A stretch of 64,000 bases of DNA. Source: Candidatus Latescibacterota bacterium (GTDB lineage Bacteria; Latescibacterota; UBA2968; GCA-2709665). The notes below the pieces were generated by a model, which was not told where the DNA came from, ran no database searches, and was given only the letters and a program-made list of their open reading frames with translations. Position numbers and translations under genes: made by a program. Location: contig OZ252100.1 of NCBI GenBank assembly GCA_965248435.1, positions 3,712,001 through 3,776,000 on the forward strand, written 5' to 3'. This document shows, one piece after another, positions 1 to 8,907 of the stretch (positions within the stretch are counted from its first letter, which is position 1; each line of letters opens with the position of its first letter).

Positions 1-2
1 GC

Positions 3-719
3 CAGCTCTACCTAGGAACGGTTTTGAACTGGGACCTTTCGACGCAGCAGAACCGGCAGCACCTGTTGTGGAGCCGGGACCTGATCCACTGGGACAAGTT
101 CGGGGCCAATCGGAAACCGCTTCTGGAAAACGGACCGATCGGGAGCTGGAACACCGCCAGTAGCGGGCTGAACGAGTACACTCCGGTCACGAACGCGGAA
201 GGGGAAGAGGAGTGGCTTTTCACCTTCGGCGCAGGGAATTGCCGCTACATGCTGAGCACCCGCGAGAACGCATCGGTCTCGCTGGAGGAGTTCAAGGCGA
301 GGCGGCCCTACTATGAGCTCGCGCCGTTCTTCACGAGCTGGGAGGACTTCTACACCGAGACCAAGAATGCCTGGGTACTCACCCAACTGGCGAAGTGTAA
401 AGCGGGCAGGCTCGCACACGTTGAGCCAAGCGGATCCAGGGGGGAGTTCACGACGCTGCCGCTCGTCGTCGAAGGCAATCGCCTGATGCTGAACGGTCAG
501 ACCGATCCTGGCGGCAGCATCCGAGTTGAAGTTCAGGATGCGGAAGGAAACCCGTTTCCGGAGCTGCGCCTGGATGACTGTGATCCATTTTCGGGAGACC
601 GGGTGGCGCACGAGGTGAGGTGGAAGCGGGCCGGGCTGGAGGAGGTGAACGGACGGGTGGTCCGGCTGAAGGTGGTGCTGGAGGGAGCCAGGTTATACAC
701 GTTCAGGATCGCGAACTGA
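3..719 (+). CDS. C-terminal part of ~830-aa propeller glycosidase-like paralogue (copy 1, 5' truncated by window edge)
   Basis: Frame open from position 3 (QLYLGTVLNWD...); highly similar to C-terminal third of 963..3449. Confidence 0.9.
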   Translation, partial: QLYLGTVLNWDLSTQQNRQHLLWSRDLIHWDKFGANRKPLLENGPIGSWNTASSGLNEYTPVTNAEGEEEWLFTFGAGNCRYMLSTRENASVSLEEFKARRPYYELAPFFTSWEDFYTETKNAWVLTQLAKCKAGRLAHVEPSGSRGEFTTLPLVVEGNRLMLNGQTDPGGSIRVEVQDAEGNPFPELRLDDCDPFSGDRVAHEVRWKRAGLEEVNGRVVRLKVVLEGARLYTFRIAN

Positions 720-731
720 AAGGCGCTGGAT

Positions 732-768
732 CACGAAAGGACACGAAGAAGCACGAAAGGCACGAAGC
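732..768 (+). repeat. Short tandem CACGAA(A/G) array (about 9-10 nt period)
   Basis: cacgaaaggacacgaagaagcacgaaaggcacgaag directly after stop codon. Confidence 0.6.
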
Positions 769-854
769 CATCCCATGCCTCACAACGAAAGTATCACGGA
801 GAAAAGCTGGAGGACCGCTGAACTTACCGGAAATGTGATGAACGAAAAGCAACC

Positions 855-912
855 TTCCCCCTTTGGAAAAGCATGTCCCGAGCTTGTCGAGGGAGGGGGT
901 AAGGGGGGATTT
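855..912 (+). repeat. CCCCCTTTGGAAAAGGGGG-type palindromic repeat with a nested 24-bp insert
   Basis: Matches 47186..47221 once 871..894 (gcatgtcccgagcttgtcgaggga) is removed. Confidence 0.75.
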
Positions 913-962
913 GGCGTTCGCAAACTAGCCCGGACCGAAAGGCGCGAAGAGGAAGACACGTT

Positions 963-3449
963 ATGAATGGGTCGAAGCTGAGGCTGAAGCTGGAGTACAG
1001 GGATTACTTCAAACAGGCCCTGACGTTCAGCTGGCCCGCTGGACTAAAACCGACGTCGGCTGACGCGAGCGTTCTCGTCACGCAACCCTACGGGTTCGAA
1101 CAGAAGCTGACCGGGAAAGCCAGACGTGTCGGCGATCGGGGCGAGGTGGTGATCACCTATCCGCTCGTGGACGAAGGGCGCTACGGCCCGAAGCCGCCGG
1201 ACGAGATGACGATTCACTCGGAGTGGGGAATGGGTACCTATCGGTTCGACCTCACGCTGAAGATCGGGCGGAGGGTCGTTGGATCGGGTGTTCTCATGCT
1301 GGATCCGAACGATTTCTTCGACGAGATCGGTGGGATGAAGCTGGCTCAGGTAGACTCACTCAGACAGTTCATCGAGTGCTGCCCGGAGCGACCCGCATTT
1401 ATTGATACAACAGAGATGGGCTTTACAATTCGTACGATTCCTGATCGAGTGAAAACCTGTTCGGTGAAGGTTGACGTCGTGGATCCCAAGAGCCACAAGC
1501 GACTCACCGGACCCCTCAACCTGAAGCTGAATGGAAAAGCAAAGCGGCACAGCTTCGATGGAGAGAAGTGGGGGCGCGGAGAGTTCTGGCTGCGTGTGAG
1601 GATTCAACAGGGGAGCAAACCGGTCGGCCCTTACCTGGTCCGCCAGATCTTCATGGAGACGCCTCACACGCCGAAGCGCCCGGTGAGCCCGCTACGTGTC
1701 GGACATTCGCCGCAGTATATGGTGGACGGCTGGATTTTTTCATCATCCTCCGGGCTGCAACACACCCCGGATCAGCTGGAGGTGGTGTCGGACGGACCGA
1801 TCGCGGAGATCGACCGCGCGTGGGAGCAGGGCCCGGATCACCTGCCGCTCGATTCGTTCTGGTATGACAAAGAGGCAGGGCAGTTCAGGGCAACCTATTA
1901 CGCCGGACCGCTGACCGAGGACGAGCGGTTGTGGAAGATAGGTGCGCGATCGACGATCACCGCTTATTCGACGCGGTATCTGTGTCTGACCGTTTCGAAT
2001 GACGGGGTGAAGTGGGAAAAGCCGGATCTGGGTCTCGTGGAATACAACGGATCCCGGAAGAACAACATCCTGAGAGACAAGTCTGGCGAAGACTTCCTGA
2101 TGTCAGGGGAGTTTGACAGCTTTCCCGCGCCGGTGAAAGAGCGCCCGCTTCCGAGACGGTATCGCTACCGGTTCTACGATCCGAAGAAGGATGGGCCGGT
2201 GGACATGGACAACTTCGTGTTCCGGGTGTTTCATCGGCGGAACATGGAGCGTGCGGACCGGTTCTCAGGAGGGTTCAGGCCGAAACAAGGGGAGTTCTGG
2301 GGGTTCGAGCGGCGGGGAGATACCTTCCTGGCGCTGACGAAACGGTGCGTCCTGAGCAAAGCACGCGGCATGCATCTGACGCATACGAACGAGCGAGCCT
2401 CCACCTATCCGTTCACCGGGGAACCGTTTTGCATCCCCGGCTATCCGAGCGGCGGGTCTACGGGCACGTTTTACCACCAGCAAAGCAAGACGTTCTTCTA
2501 CTACTATCGTCCGGACTATCCTCCCTACCCGCCCAACGGGAAGCCCTTCTACCTCTGGCACTTCATTGGGGCCATCCGTACGCGCGCAGTGATGTGGACG
2601 CGGGATGGGATGCACTGGGATCGTCGTCACCAGGTCGTACCCGACGAGCACGATCCGCCGGGTACGACGCTCTACGGGTTTGGCTTCATCAGGCGGGAGG
2701 GTAAAGCTGTGAGCGACACGGACGGCCAGCTTTACCTGGGAACACTCCTGAACTGGGACTTTTCGACGCAGCTGAACCGGCAGCACCTCTTGTGGAGCCG
2801 CGACCTGATCCACTGGAACAAGTTCGGCGCCAATCGAAAGCCGCTTCTGGAGAGCGGACCGATAGGGAGCTGGAATACCGCCAGCAGCGGGCTGAATCAA
2901 TACACTCCGGTCACGAACGCGAACGGAGAAGAGGAGTGGCTTTTCACCTTTACCGCGGGGAATTGCCGCTACATGCTGGGCAGCAGCAAGCGTCAAGAGG
3001 CTGCCGGCTCCCTTGAGGAGTTCAAGGCGAGGCTGCCCTACTTCGAGCTCGCGCCGTTCTTCACGAGCTGGGAGGACTTCCAGAACGAGATCAACAACTG
3101 CCGGGTGCTCACCGGCCTGGCGAAGTGCAAGGCGGGAAGACTCGCACACGTGGAACCGAACCGATCCAAAGGAGAGTTCACGACGCTGCCGCTCGTCGTA
3201 GAAGGGAACCGCCTGCTGTTGAACGGGCAGACCGATCCGGGAGGCAGCATCCGTGTTGAGGTTCAGGACGCGGAGGGGAACTCGTTTCCGGAGCTGGGTC
3301 TGGATGACTGTATTCCGTTTTCTGGAGACCGGGTGGCGCACGAGGTGAGGTGGAAGCGGGCACGGCTGGAGGAGGTGAACCGACGGGTGGTCCGATTGAA
3401 GGTGGTGCTGGAGGGAGCGAGGTTATACACCTTTAGGATCGCCAGCTAA
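963..3449 (+). CDS. 828-aa protein: unknown N-terminal domain + GH32/GH43-like five-bladed propeller + C-terminal beta-sandwich (copy 2)
   Basis: Motifs SxDGxxWEKPxLGLV, SRDLIHW, GEFTTLP...GSIRVEV...FSGD shared with the ~508-aa proteins; no signal peptide. Confidence 0.8.
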   Translation: MNGSKLRLKLEYRDYFKQALTFSWPAGLKPTSADASVLVTQPYGFEQKLTGKARRVGDRGEVVITYPLVDEGRYGPKPPDEMTIHSEWGMGTYRFDLTLKIGRRVVGSGVLMLDPNDFFDEIGGMKLAQVDSLRQFIECCPERPAFIDTTEMGFTIRTIPDRVKTCSVKVDVVDPKSHKRLTGPLNLKLNGKAKRHSFDGEKWGRGEFWLRVRIQQGSKPVGPYLVRQIFMETPHTPKRPVSPLRVGHSPQYMVDGWIFSSSSGLQHTPDQLEVVSDGPIAEIDRAWEQGPDHLPLDSFWYDKEAGQFRATYYAGPLTEDERLWKIGARSTITAYSTRYLCLTVSNDGVKWEKPDLGLVEYNGSRKNNILRDKSGEDFLMSGEFDSFPAPVKERPLPRRYRYRFYDPKKDGPVDMDNFVFRVFHRRNMERADRFSGGFRPKQGEFWGFERRGDTFLALTKRCVLSKARGMHLTHTNERASTYPFTGEPFCIPGYPSGGSTGTFYHQQSKTFFYYYRPDYPPYPPNGKPFYLWHFIGAIRTRAVMWTRDGMHWDRRHQVVPDEHDPPGTTLYGFGFIRREGKAVSDTDGQLYLGTLLNWDFSTQLNRQHLLWSRDLIHWNKFGANRKPLLESGPIGSWNTASSGLNQYTPVTNANGEEEWLFTFTAGNCRYMLGSSKRQEAAGSLEEFKARLPYFELAPFFTSWEDFQNEINNCRVLTGLAKCKAGRLAHVEPNRSKGEFTTLPLVVEGNRLLLNGQTDPGGSIRVEVQDAEGNSFPELGLDDCIPFSGDRVAHEVRWKRARLEEVNRRVVRLKVVLEGARLYTFRIAS

Positions 3450-3614
3450 TTGCGGATTGCGGATTTGGGATTTCGGAATGACAGGCAAAAGCGCACCGCA
3501 GAGGCGCGGAGGTCGCGGAGAAAAACGAAGAACGAATGTTGAACCGCAGAATGTCGAATGATGAAGGGAGGACTAGAGCGATATGAACCAGTCCAAGATG
3601 AGGCTGAAGCTCGA
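3384..3614 (+). repeat. 231-bp exact direct repeat, copy 1 (gene end + spacer + next gene start)
   Basis: Identical by eye to 6007..6237 (offset 2623). Confidence 0.9.
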
Positions 3615-6072
3615 ATACAGGGACTATTTCAAACAGGCCCTGACGTTCAACTGGCCCGAAGGACTCAAACCAAAGTCCGTTGACGCGAGCGTTGCCATCA
3701 CGCAGCCCTACGGGTTCGAACAGAAGCTGACCGGGAAAGCGAAACGGGTCGGCGATCGGGGCGAGGTGGTGATTAACTACCCGCTGGTGGATGAAGGAAG
3801 GTTTGCGCCGACGCCGTCCACGATCACGGATCCGGAGGGGGCGAAGCGCTGGGGCATGGGCGGCTATCGGTTCGCACTCACGCTGAAGTCCGGCCGGAGG
3901 AAAGTGGCCTCAGGCGATCTGAGGGTGAATGCGAACGACTTTTTTGGCGAGATCGGGGGCATGAAGCTGGCGCAGGTCGATTCGCTGCGTCAGTTCATCG
4001 AGTGCTGTCCGGAGCGGCCCGCGTTTATCGACACGACGGAGATGGGTTTCACGATACGGACGCTGCCGGACAGGGTGAAAACCTGTTCGGTGAAGGTTGA
4101 CGTCGTGGACCCGAAGAGCCACAAGCGACTCGCCGGTCCGCTCAACCTGAAGCTGACTGGGAAAGTAAGACGGTACAGTTTTGAAGGAGAGAAGTGGGGG
4201 GCCGGGGAGTTCTGGCTTCGCGTGAGGATTCAGCAGGGGAACAGGGCGGTCGGCCCCTACCTGATCCGCCAGATCTTTATGGAGACGCCTTACCGGCCGA
4301 AGCGCCCGGTGAGCCCGCTTCGGGTCGGACATTCGCCGCAGTACATGGTGGACGGCTGGATCTTTGGCTCCTCCTCCGGGCTGCAGCATGCCCCGGATCA
4401 GCTGGAGGTCGTGTCGGACGGACCGATCGTGGAGATCGACCGCCCGTGGGAGCAGGGTCCCGATCATCAGCCGATTAACTCTTTCTGGTATGACAAAGAG
4501 GCGGGCCAGTTTCGCGCTACCTACTACGCCGGACCGCTGACAGAAGACGAGCGGCTGTGGAAGATGGGCGTGCGATCGACGATCACCGCCTATTCGACCC
4601 GGTTTCTGTGTCTCACCGTTTCGAATGATGGAGTAAAGTGGGAAAAGCCGGATCTGGATCTGGTCGAATACAATGGATCCAAGAAAAACAACATCCTGAG
4701 AGACAAATCGCGCGAAGACTTCCTGATGTCGGGCGAGTTCGACAGCTTTCCGGCGCCGGTGAAGGAGCGCCCGCTTCCGAAGCGGTATCGCTACCGGTTC
4801 TACGATCGCAAAAAGGACGGTCCGGTGGACATGGACAACTTCGTGTTCCGCGTGTTCCTCCAGCAAAGCATGGAGCCTGCGAACCAATTCGGAAGCGGGT
4901 TCCGACCGAAGCACCGGGAGTTCTGGGGGTTCGAGCGTCGGGGAGACACCTTCCTGGCGCTGACGCGCAGGCCGGTCCTGACCGGTGCTCGCGGCATGCA
5001 TCTGATTCATACGAACGAGCGGGCGTCCACCTTTCCGTTCGAGGGAGACCCGATGGCGCTTGCCTACCCTGGCGGCAGGTCTACCGCCACGTTCTACCAT
5101 CGGCACAGTAAGACGTTTTTCTATTATTACAGGCCGGACTACCCCGCCTATCCTCCTCACGGGTTGCCCTATTACCTGTGGCACCGTGTGGCAGCCATCC
5201 GCACGCGCGCTGTGACGTGGACGCGCGACGGGGTCCACTGGGAGCGGCGTCACCAGACGGTGCCCGATGAGCACGACCCGCCCGGGACGACGCTTTACGG
5301 GTTCGGATTTCTCAGGCCGGCAGGCAGTGACCTGAGCGACACGGACGGCCAGCTCTACCTGGGCGCGCTGCTGAACTGGGACTTTTCGACACAGCAGGCC
5401 CGGCAGCACCTGATGTGGAGCCGGGACCTGATCCACTGGGACAAATTCGGGGCGAATCGAAGGCCCCTTCTGGAAAACGGGCCGATTGGCAGCTGGAATA
5501 CGGCCTCGGGCGGGCTGAACAGTTACACGCCGATCACGAACGGCGACGGGGAAGAGGAATGGCTGTTCACCTTTGGCGCGGGGAATAAGCGCTACATGCT
5601 GGGCAGCGGCAAGCGTGAGGACGCGGCCGGCTCCCTTGAGGAGTTCAAGGCGAGGCTGCCCTACTTCGAGCTCGCGCCGTTCTTCACGAGCTGGGAGGAC
5701 TTCCAAAATGAGATCAACAACTGCCGAGTGCTCACCGGCCTGGCGAAGTGCAAGGCAGGGAGGCTGGCGCACGTGGAACCGAGCCGATCAAGAGGGGAGT
5801 TCACGACCCTGCCGCTCGTCGTGGAAGGGAACCGCCTGCTACTGAACGGACAGACCGATTCCGGAGGAAGCATTCGCGTGGAGGTGCAGGACGCGGAGGG
5901 CAATGTGTTTCCGGAGTTGGGTCTGGATGACTGCGTTCCGTTTTCTGGAGACCGCACGGCCCACCAGGTGAGGTGGAAGCGAGCGCGGCTGGAGGAGGTG
6001 AACGGGCGGGTGGTCCGATTGAAGGTGGTGCTGGAGGGAGCGAGGTTATACACCTTTAGGATCGCCAGCTAA
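3583..6072 (+). CDS. 829-aa propeller glycosidase-like paralogue (copy 3)
   Basis: GGAGG RBS; strong similarity to copies 2 and 4. Confidence 0.85.
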   Translation: MNQSKMRLKLEYRDYFKQALTFNWPEGLKPKSVDASVAITQPYGFEQKLTGKAKRVGDRGEVVINYPLVDEGRFAPTPSTITDPEGAKRWGMGGYRFALTLKSGRRKVASGDLRVNANDFFGEIGGMKLAQVDSLRQFIECCPERPAFIDTTEMGFTIRTLPDRVKTCSVKVDVVDPKSHKRLAGPLNLKLTGKVRRYSFEGEKWGAGEFWLRVRIQQGNRAVGPYLIRQIFMETPYRPKRPVSPLRVGHSPQYMVDGWIFGSSSGLQHAPDQLEVVSDGPIVEIDRPWEQGPDHQPINSFWYDKEAGQFRATYYAGPLTEDERLWKMGVRSTITAYSTRFLCLTVSNDGVKWEKPDLDLVEYNGSKKNNILRDKSREDFLMSGEFDSFPAPVKERPLPKRYRYRFYDRKKDGPVDMDNFVFRVFLQQSMEPANQFGSGFRPKHREFWGFERRGDTFLALTRRPVLTGARGMHLIHTNERASTFPFEGDPMALAYPGGRSTATFYHRHSKTFFYYYRPDYPAYPPHGLPYYLWHRVAAIRTRAVTWTRDGVHWERRHQTVPDEHDPPGTTLYGFGFLRPAGSDLSDTDGQLYLGALLNWDFSTQQARQHLMWSRDLIHWDKFGANRRPLLENGPIGSWNTASGGLNSYTPITNGDGEEEWLFTFGAGNKRYMLGSGKREDAAGSLEEFKARLPYFELAPFFTSWEDFQNEINNCRVLTGLAKCKAGRLAHVEPSRSRGEFTTLPLVVEGNRLLLNGQTDSGGSIRVEVQDAEGNVFPELGLDDCVPFSGDRTAHQVRWKRARLEEVNGRVVRLKVVLEGARLYTFRIAS

Positions 6073-6237
6073 TTGCGGATTGCGGATTTGGGATTTCGGA
6101 ATGACAGGCAAAAGCGCACCGCAGAGGCGCGGAGGTCGCGGAGAAAAACGAAGAACGAATGTTGAACCGCAGAATGTCGAATGATGAAGGGAGGACTAGA
6201 GCGATATGAACCAGTCCAAGATGAGGCTGAAGCTCGA
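6007..6237 (+). repeat. 231-bp exact direct repeat, copy 2
   Basis: Identical to 3384..3614. Confidence 0.9.
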
Positions 6238-8692
6238 GTACCGGGATTACTTCAAACAGGCCCTGACGTTCAACTGGCCCGCGGGACTGAAGTCCAAGTC
6301 CGTTGACGCGAGCGTTATCGTCACGCAGCCCTACGGGTTCGAACAGAAGCTGACCGGGAAAGCGAAACGAGTCGACGATCGGGGGGAGGTGGTGATCAAC
6401 TATCCGCTGGTGGACGAGGGCCGGTTTGCGCCGACGCCGTCCACGATCACGGATCCGGAGGGGGCGAAGCGCTGGGGCATGGGCGGCTATCGGTTCGAAC
6501 TCACGCTGAAGTCCGGCAGGAGGAAAGTGGCCTCAGGCGATCTGAGGGTGAATGCGAACGACTTTTTTGGCGAGATCGGGGGCGTGAAGCTGGCGCAGGT
6601 CGATTCGCTGCGTCAGTTCATCGAGTGCTGTCCGGAGCGGCCTGCCTTTATCGACACGACCGAGATGGGCTTTACGATTCGGACGATTCCTGACCGAGTG
6701 AAAACCTGCTCGGTAAAGGTCGAGGTCGTGGACCCGAAGAGTCACAAGCGACTCGCGGGTCCTCTCAACTTGAAACTGACCGGGAAAGTGAGGCGATGCA
6801 GTTTTGATGGGGAGAAATGGGGACCCGGAGAGTTCTGGCTCCGGGTGAGGATCCAGCAGGGGAGCCAGGCGGTCGGGCCCTATCTGATCCGGCAGATCTA
6901 CATGGAGACGCCATACAACCCGAAGCGCCCGGTGAGCCCGCTTCGTGTTGGACATTCGCCGCAGTACATGGTGGACAACTGGATCTTCGAGTCCTCCTCC
7001 GGGCTGCAGCACGCGCCCGATCAGCTGGAGGTCGTGTCGGACGGACCGATCGCGGAGATCGACCGCCCCTGGGAGCAGGGCCCCGATCACCTGGGGATGA
7101 ACTCTTTCACTTATGGCAAAGAAGCGGGCCAGTTTCGCGCTACCTATTACGCCGGACCGCTGACGGAAGACGAGCGGTTGTGGAAGATGGGTGTGCGGTC
7201 GACGATTACCGCCCACTCGACCCGATACCTGTGTCTCACAGTCTCCTCAGACGGCGTCACCTGGGAAAAACCGGATCTGGGCCTCGTGGAATACAAGGGC
7301 TCCAGAAAGAACAACATCCTGAGAGACAAATCGAGCGAAGATTTCCTGATGTCGGGCGAGTTCGACAGCTTTCCGGCGCCGGTGAAGGAGCGCCCGCTTC
7401 CGAAGCGGTATCGCTACCGGTTCTACGATCGCAAAAAGGACGGTCCGGTGGATATGGACAACTTCGTGTTCCGCGTGTTCCTCCAGCAAAGCATGGAGCC
7501 TGCGAACCAGTTCGGAAGCGGGTTCCGACCGAAGCACCGGGAGTTCTGGGGGTTCGAGCGGCGGGGAGACACGTTCCTGGCGCTGACACGCCGGCCCGTC
7601 TTGACTGGCGCGCGAGGCATGCATCTGATTCATACGAACGAACGAGCCTCGACCTTTCCGTTCGAGGGAGACCCGTTTGCGCTCGCCTATCCCGGCGGCC
7701 GGTCTACCGCCACGTTCTACCATCGACACAGCAAGACGTTCTACTACTACTACCGGCCTGACTATCCGGCCTACCCTCCCCACGGGCAGCCCTACTACCT
7801 CTGGCACCGCGTGGCGGCCGTCAGGACGCGCGCTGTGACGTGGACGCGGGACGGGATACACTGGGAGCGGCGTCACCAGACGGTGCCCGACGAGCACGAC
7901 CCGCCAGGTACGACGCTCTACGGGTTCGGCTTCCTCAGGCCGGCGGGCAGTGACCTGAGCGACACGGACGGCCAGCTCCACATGGGTGCGCTGCTGAACT
8001 GGGACTTTTTGACACAGCAGAACCGGCAGCATCTGATGTGGAGCCGGGACTTGATCCACTGGGATAAGTTCGGGGCGAATCGGAAGCCCCTACTGGAAAA
8101 TGGTCCCATAGGGAGCTGGAATACGGGCAGCAGCGGGCTGAACAGCTACACGCAGATCACGAACAGCGACGGGGAGGAGGAGTGGTTGTTCACCTTTACT
8201 GCTGGGAATTCCCGCTACATGCTGGGCAGCGGCTCGGCCGATGACGCTCAATCGTGGGAGGACTTCAAGGCGAGACGTCCATACTACCAGCTCGCGCCTT
8301 TTTTCACGAGTTGGAAGGACTTCTACAATGAGATTCAAAATTGTCGTGTGCTCACCGGCCTCGCTAAATGCAAGGCGGGGAGGCTCGCGCACGTGGAACC
8401 GAGCCGATCAAGAGGGGAGTTCACAACCCTGCCGCTCGTCATGGAAGGAAACCGCCTGCTGCTGAACGGACTGACGGATTCCGGAGGAAGCGTTCGAGTC
8501 GAGGTGCAGGATGCGGAGGGGAACACCTTTCCGGAGCTGGGTCTTGATGACTGTATTCCATTCTCGGGAGATCGAGTAGCCCACGAGGTGAGGTGGAAAC
8601 GGGCGCGGCTGGAGGAAGTGAACGGGAGGGTGGTGAGGCTGAGGGTGGTGCTGGAAGGGGCAAAGTTATACACGTTTAGGATCACAGCGTGA
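6206..8692 (+). CDS. 828-aa propeller glycosidase-like paralogue (copy 4)
   Basis: Same RBS and N-terminus as copy 3; same motifs. Confidence 0.85.
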   Translation: MNQSKMRLKLEYRDYFKQALTFNWPAGLKSKSVDASVIVTQPYGFEQKLTGKAKRVDDRGEVVINYPLVDEGRFAPTPSTITDPEGAKRWGMGGYRFELTLKSGRRKVASGDLRVNANDFFGEIGGVKLAQVDSLRQFIECCPERPAFIDTTEMGFTIRTIPDRVKTCSVKVEVVDPKSHKRLAGPLNLKLTGKVRRCSFDGEKWGPGEFWLRVRIQQGSQAVGPYLIRQIYMETPYNPKRPVSPLRVGHSPQYMVDNWIFESSSGLQHAPDQLEVVSDGPIAEIDRPWEQGPDHLGMNSFTYGKEAGQFRATYYAGPLTEDERLWKMGVRSTITAHSTRYLCLTVSSDGVTWEKPDLGLVEYKGSRKNNILRDKSSEDFLMSGEFDSFPAPVKERPLPKRYRYRFYDRKKDGPVDMDNFVFRVFLQQSMEPANQFGSGFRPKHREFWGFERRGDTFLALTRRPVLTGARGMHLIHTNERASTFPFEGDPFALAYPGGRSTATFYHRHSKTFYYYYRPDYPAYPPHGQPYYLWHRVAAVRTRAVTWTRDGIHWERRHQTVPDEHDPPGTTLYGFGFLRPAGSDLSDTDGQLHMGALLNWDFLTQQNRQHLMWSRDLIHWDKFGANRKPLLENGPIGSWNTGSSGLNSYTQITNSDGEEEWLFTFTAGNSRYMLGSGSADDAQSWEDFKARRPYYQLAPFFTSWKDFYNEIQNCRVLTGLAKCKAGRLAHVEPSRSRGEFTTLPLVMEGNRLLLNGLTDSGGSVRVEVQDAEGNTFPELGLDDCIPFSGDRVAHEVRWKRARLEEVNGRVVRLRVVLEGAKLYTFRITA

Positions 8693-8711
8693 GATCCAGG
8701 GTTTAGAACGC

Positions 8712-8835
8712 GTACCGGGAAGGCAAAACACGGGTACCGGGGATCACACACTGCAAAAGAATACGGATTGCGGATTTGGGAAAGCGGAATGAATGACCGG
8801 GTACCGGGAAAGCAAAACACGGGTACCGGGTACCG
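8712..8835 (+). repeat. Two short GGGTACC-arm repeats (CCGGGTACCGGGAAAGCAAAACACGGGTACCGGG) around a TTGCGGA heptamer tract
   Basis: Copies at 8712..8741 and 8797..8835. Confidence 0.85.
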
Positions 8836-8907
8836 AAAAAAATTGCTGATCGAGAGTATGTTACAGAGAGGCTTCGTCATTGAATATCCGCCAACGATAT
8901 CAGGTCG

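Noticed and set aside
775-966. Small ORF containing PELVEG, and other spacer ORFs (47179, 50182, 61258, 61448)
   Set aside because: These are translations of intergenic repeats with no independent coding evidence.
3910-5772. Long antisense ORFs (also 2265..3341, 28065..29222, 32913..34274, 56104..57648, 59057..60184)
   Set aside because: Codon-aligned antisense shadows of well-supported + strand genes in high-GC DNA.
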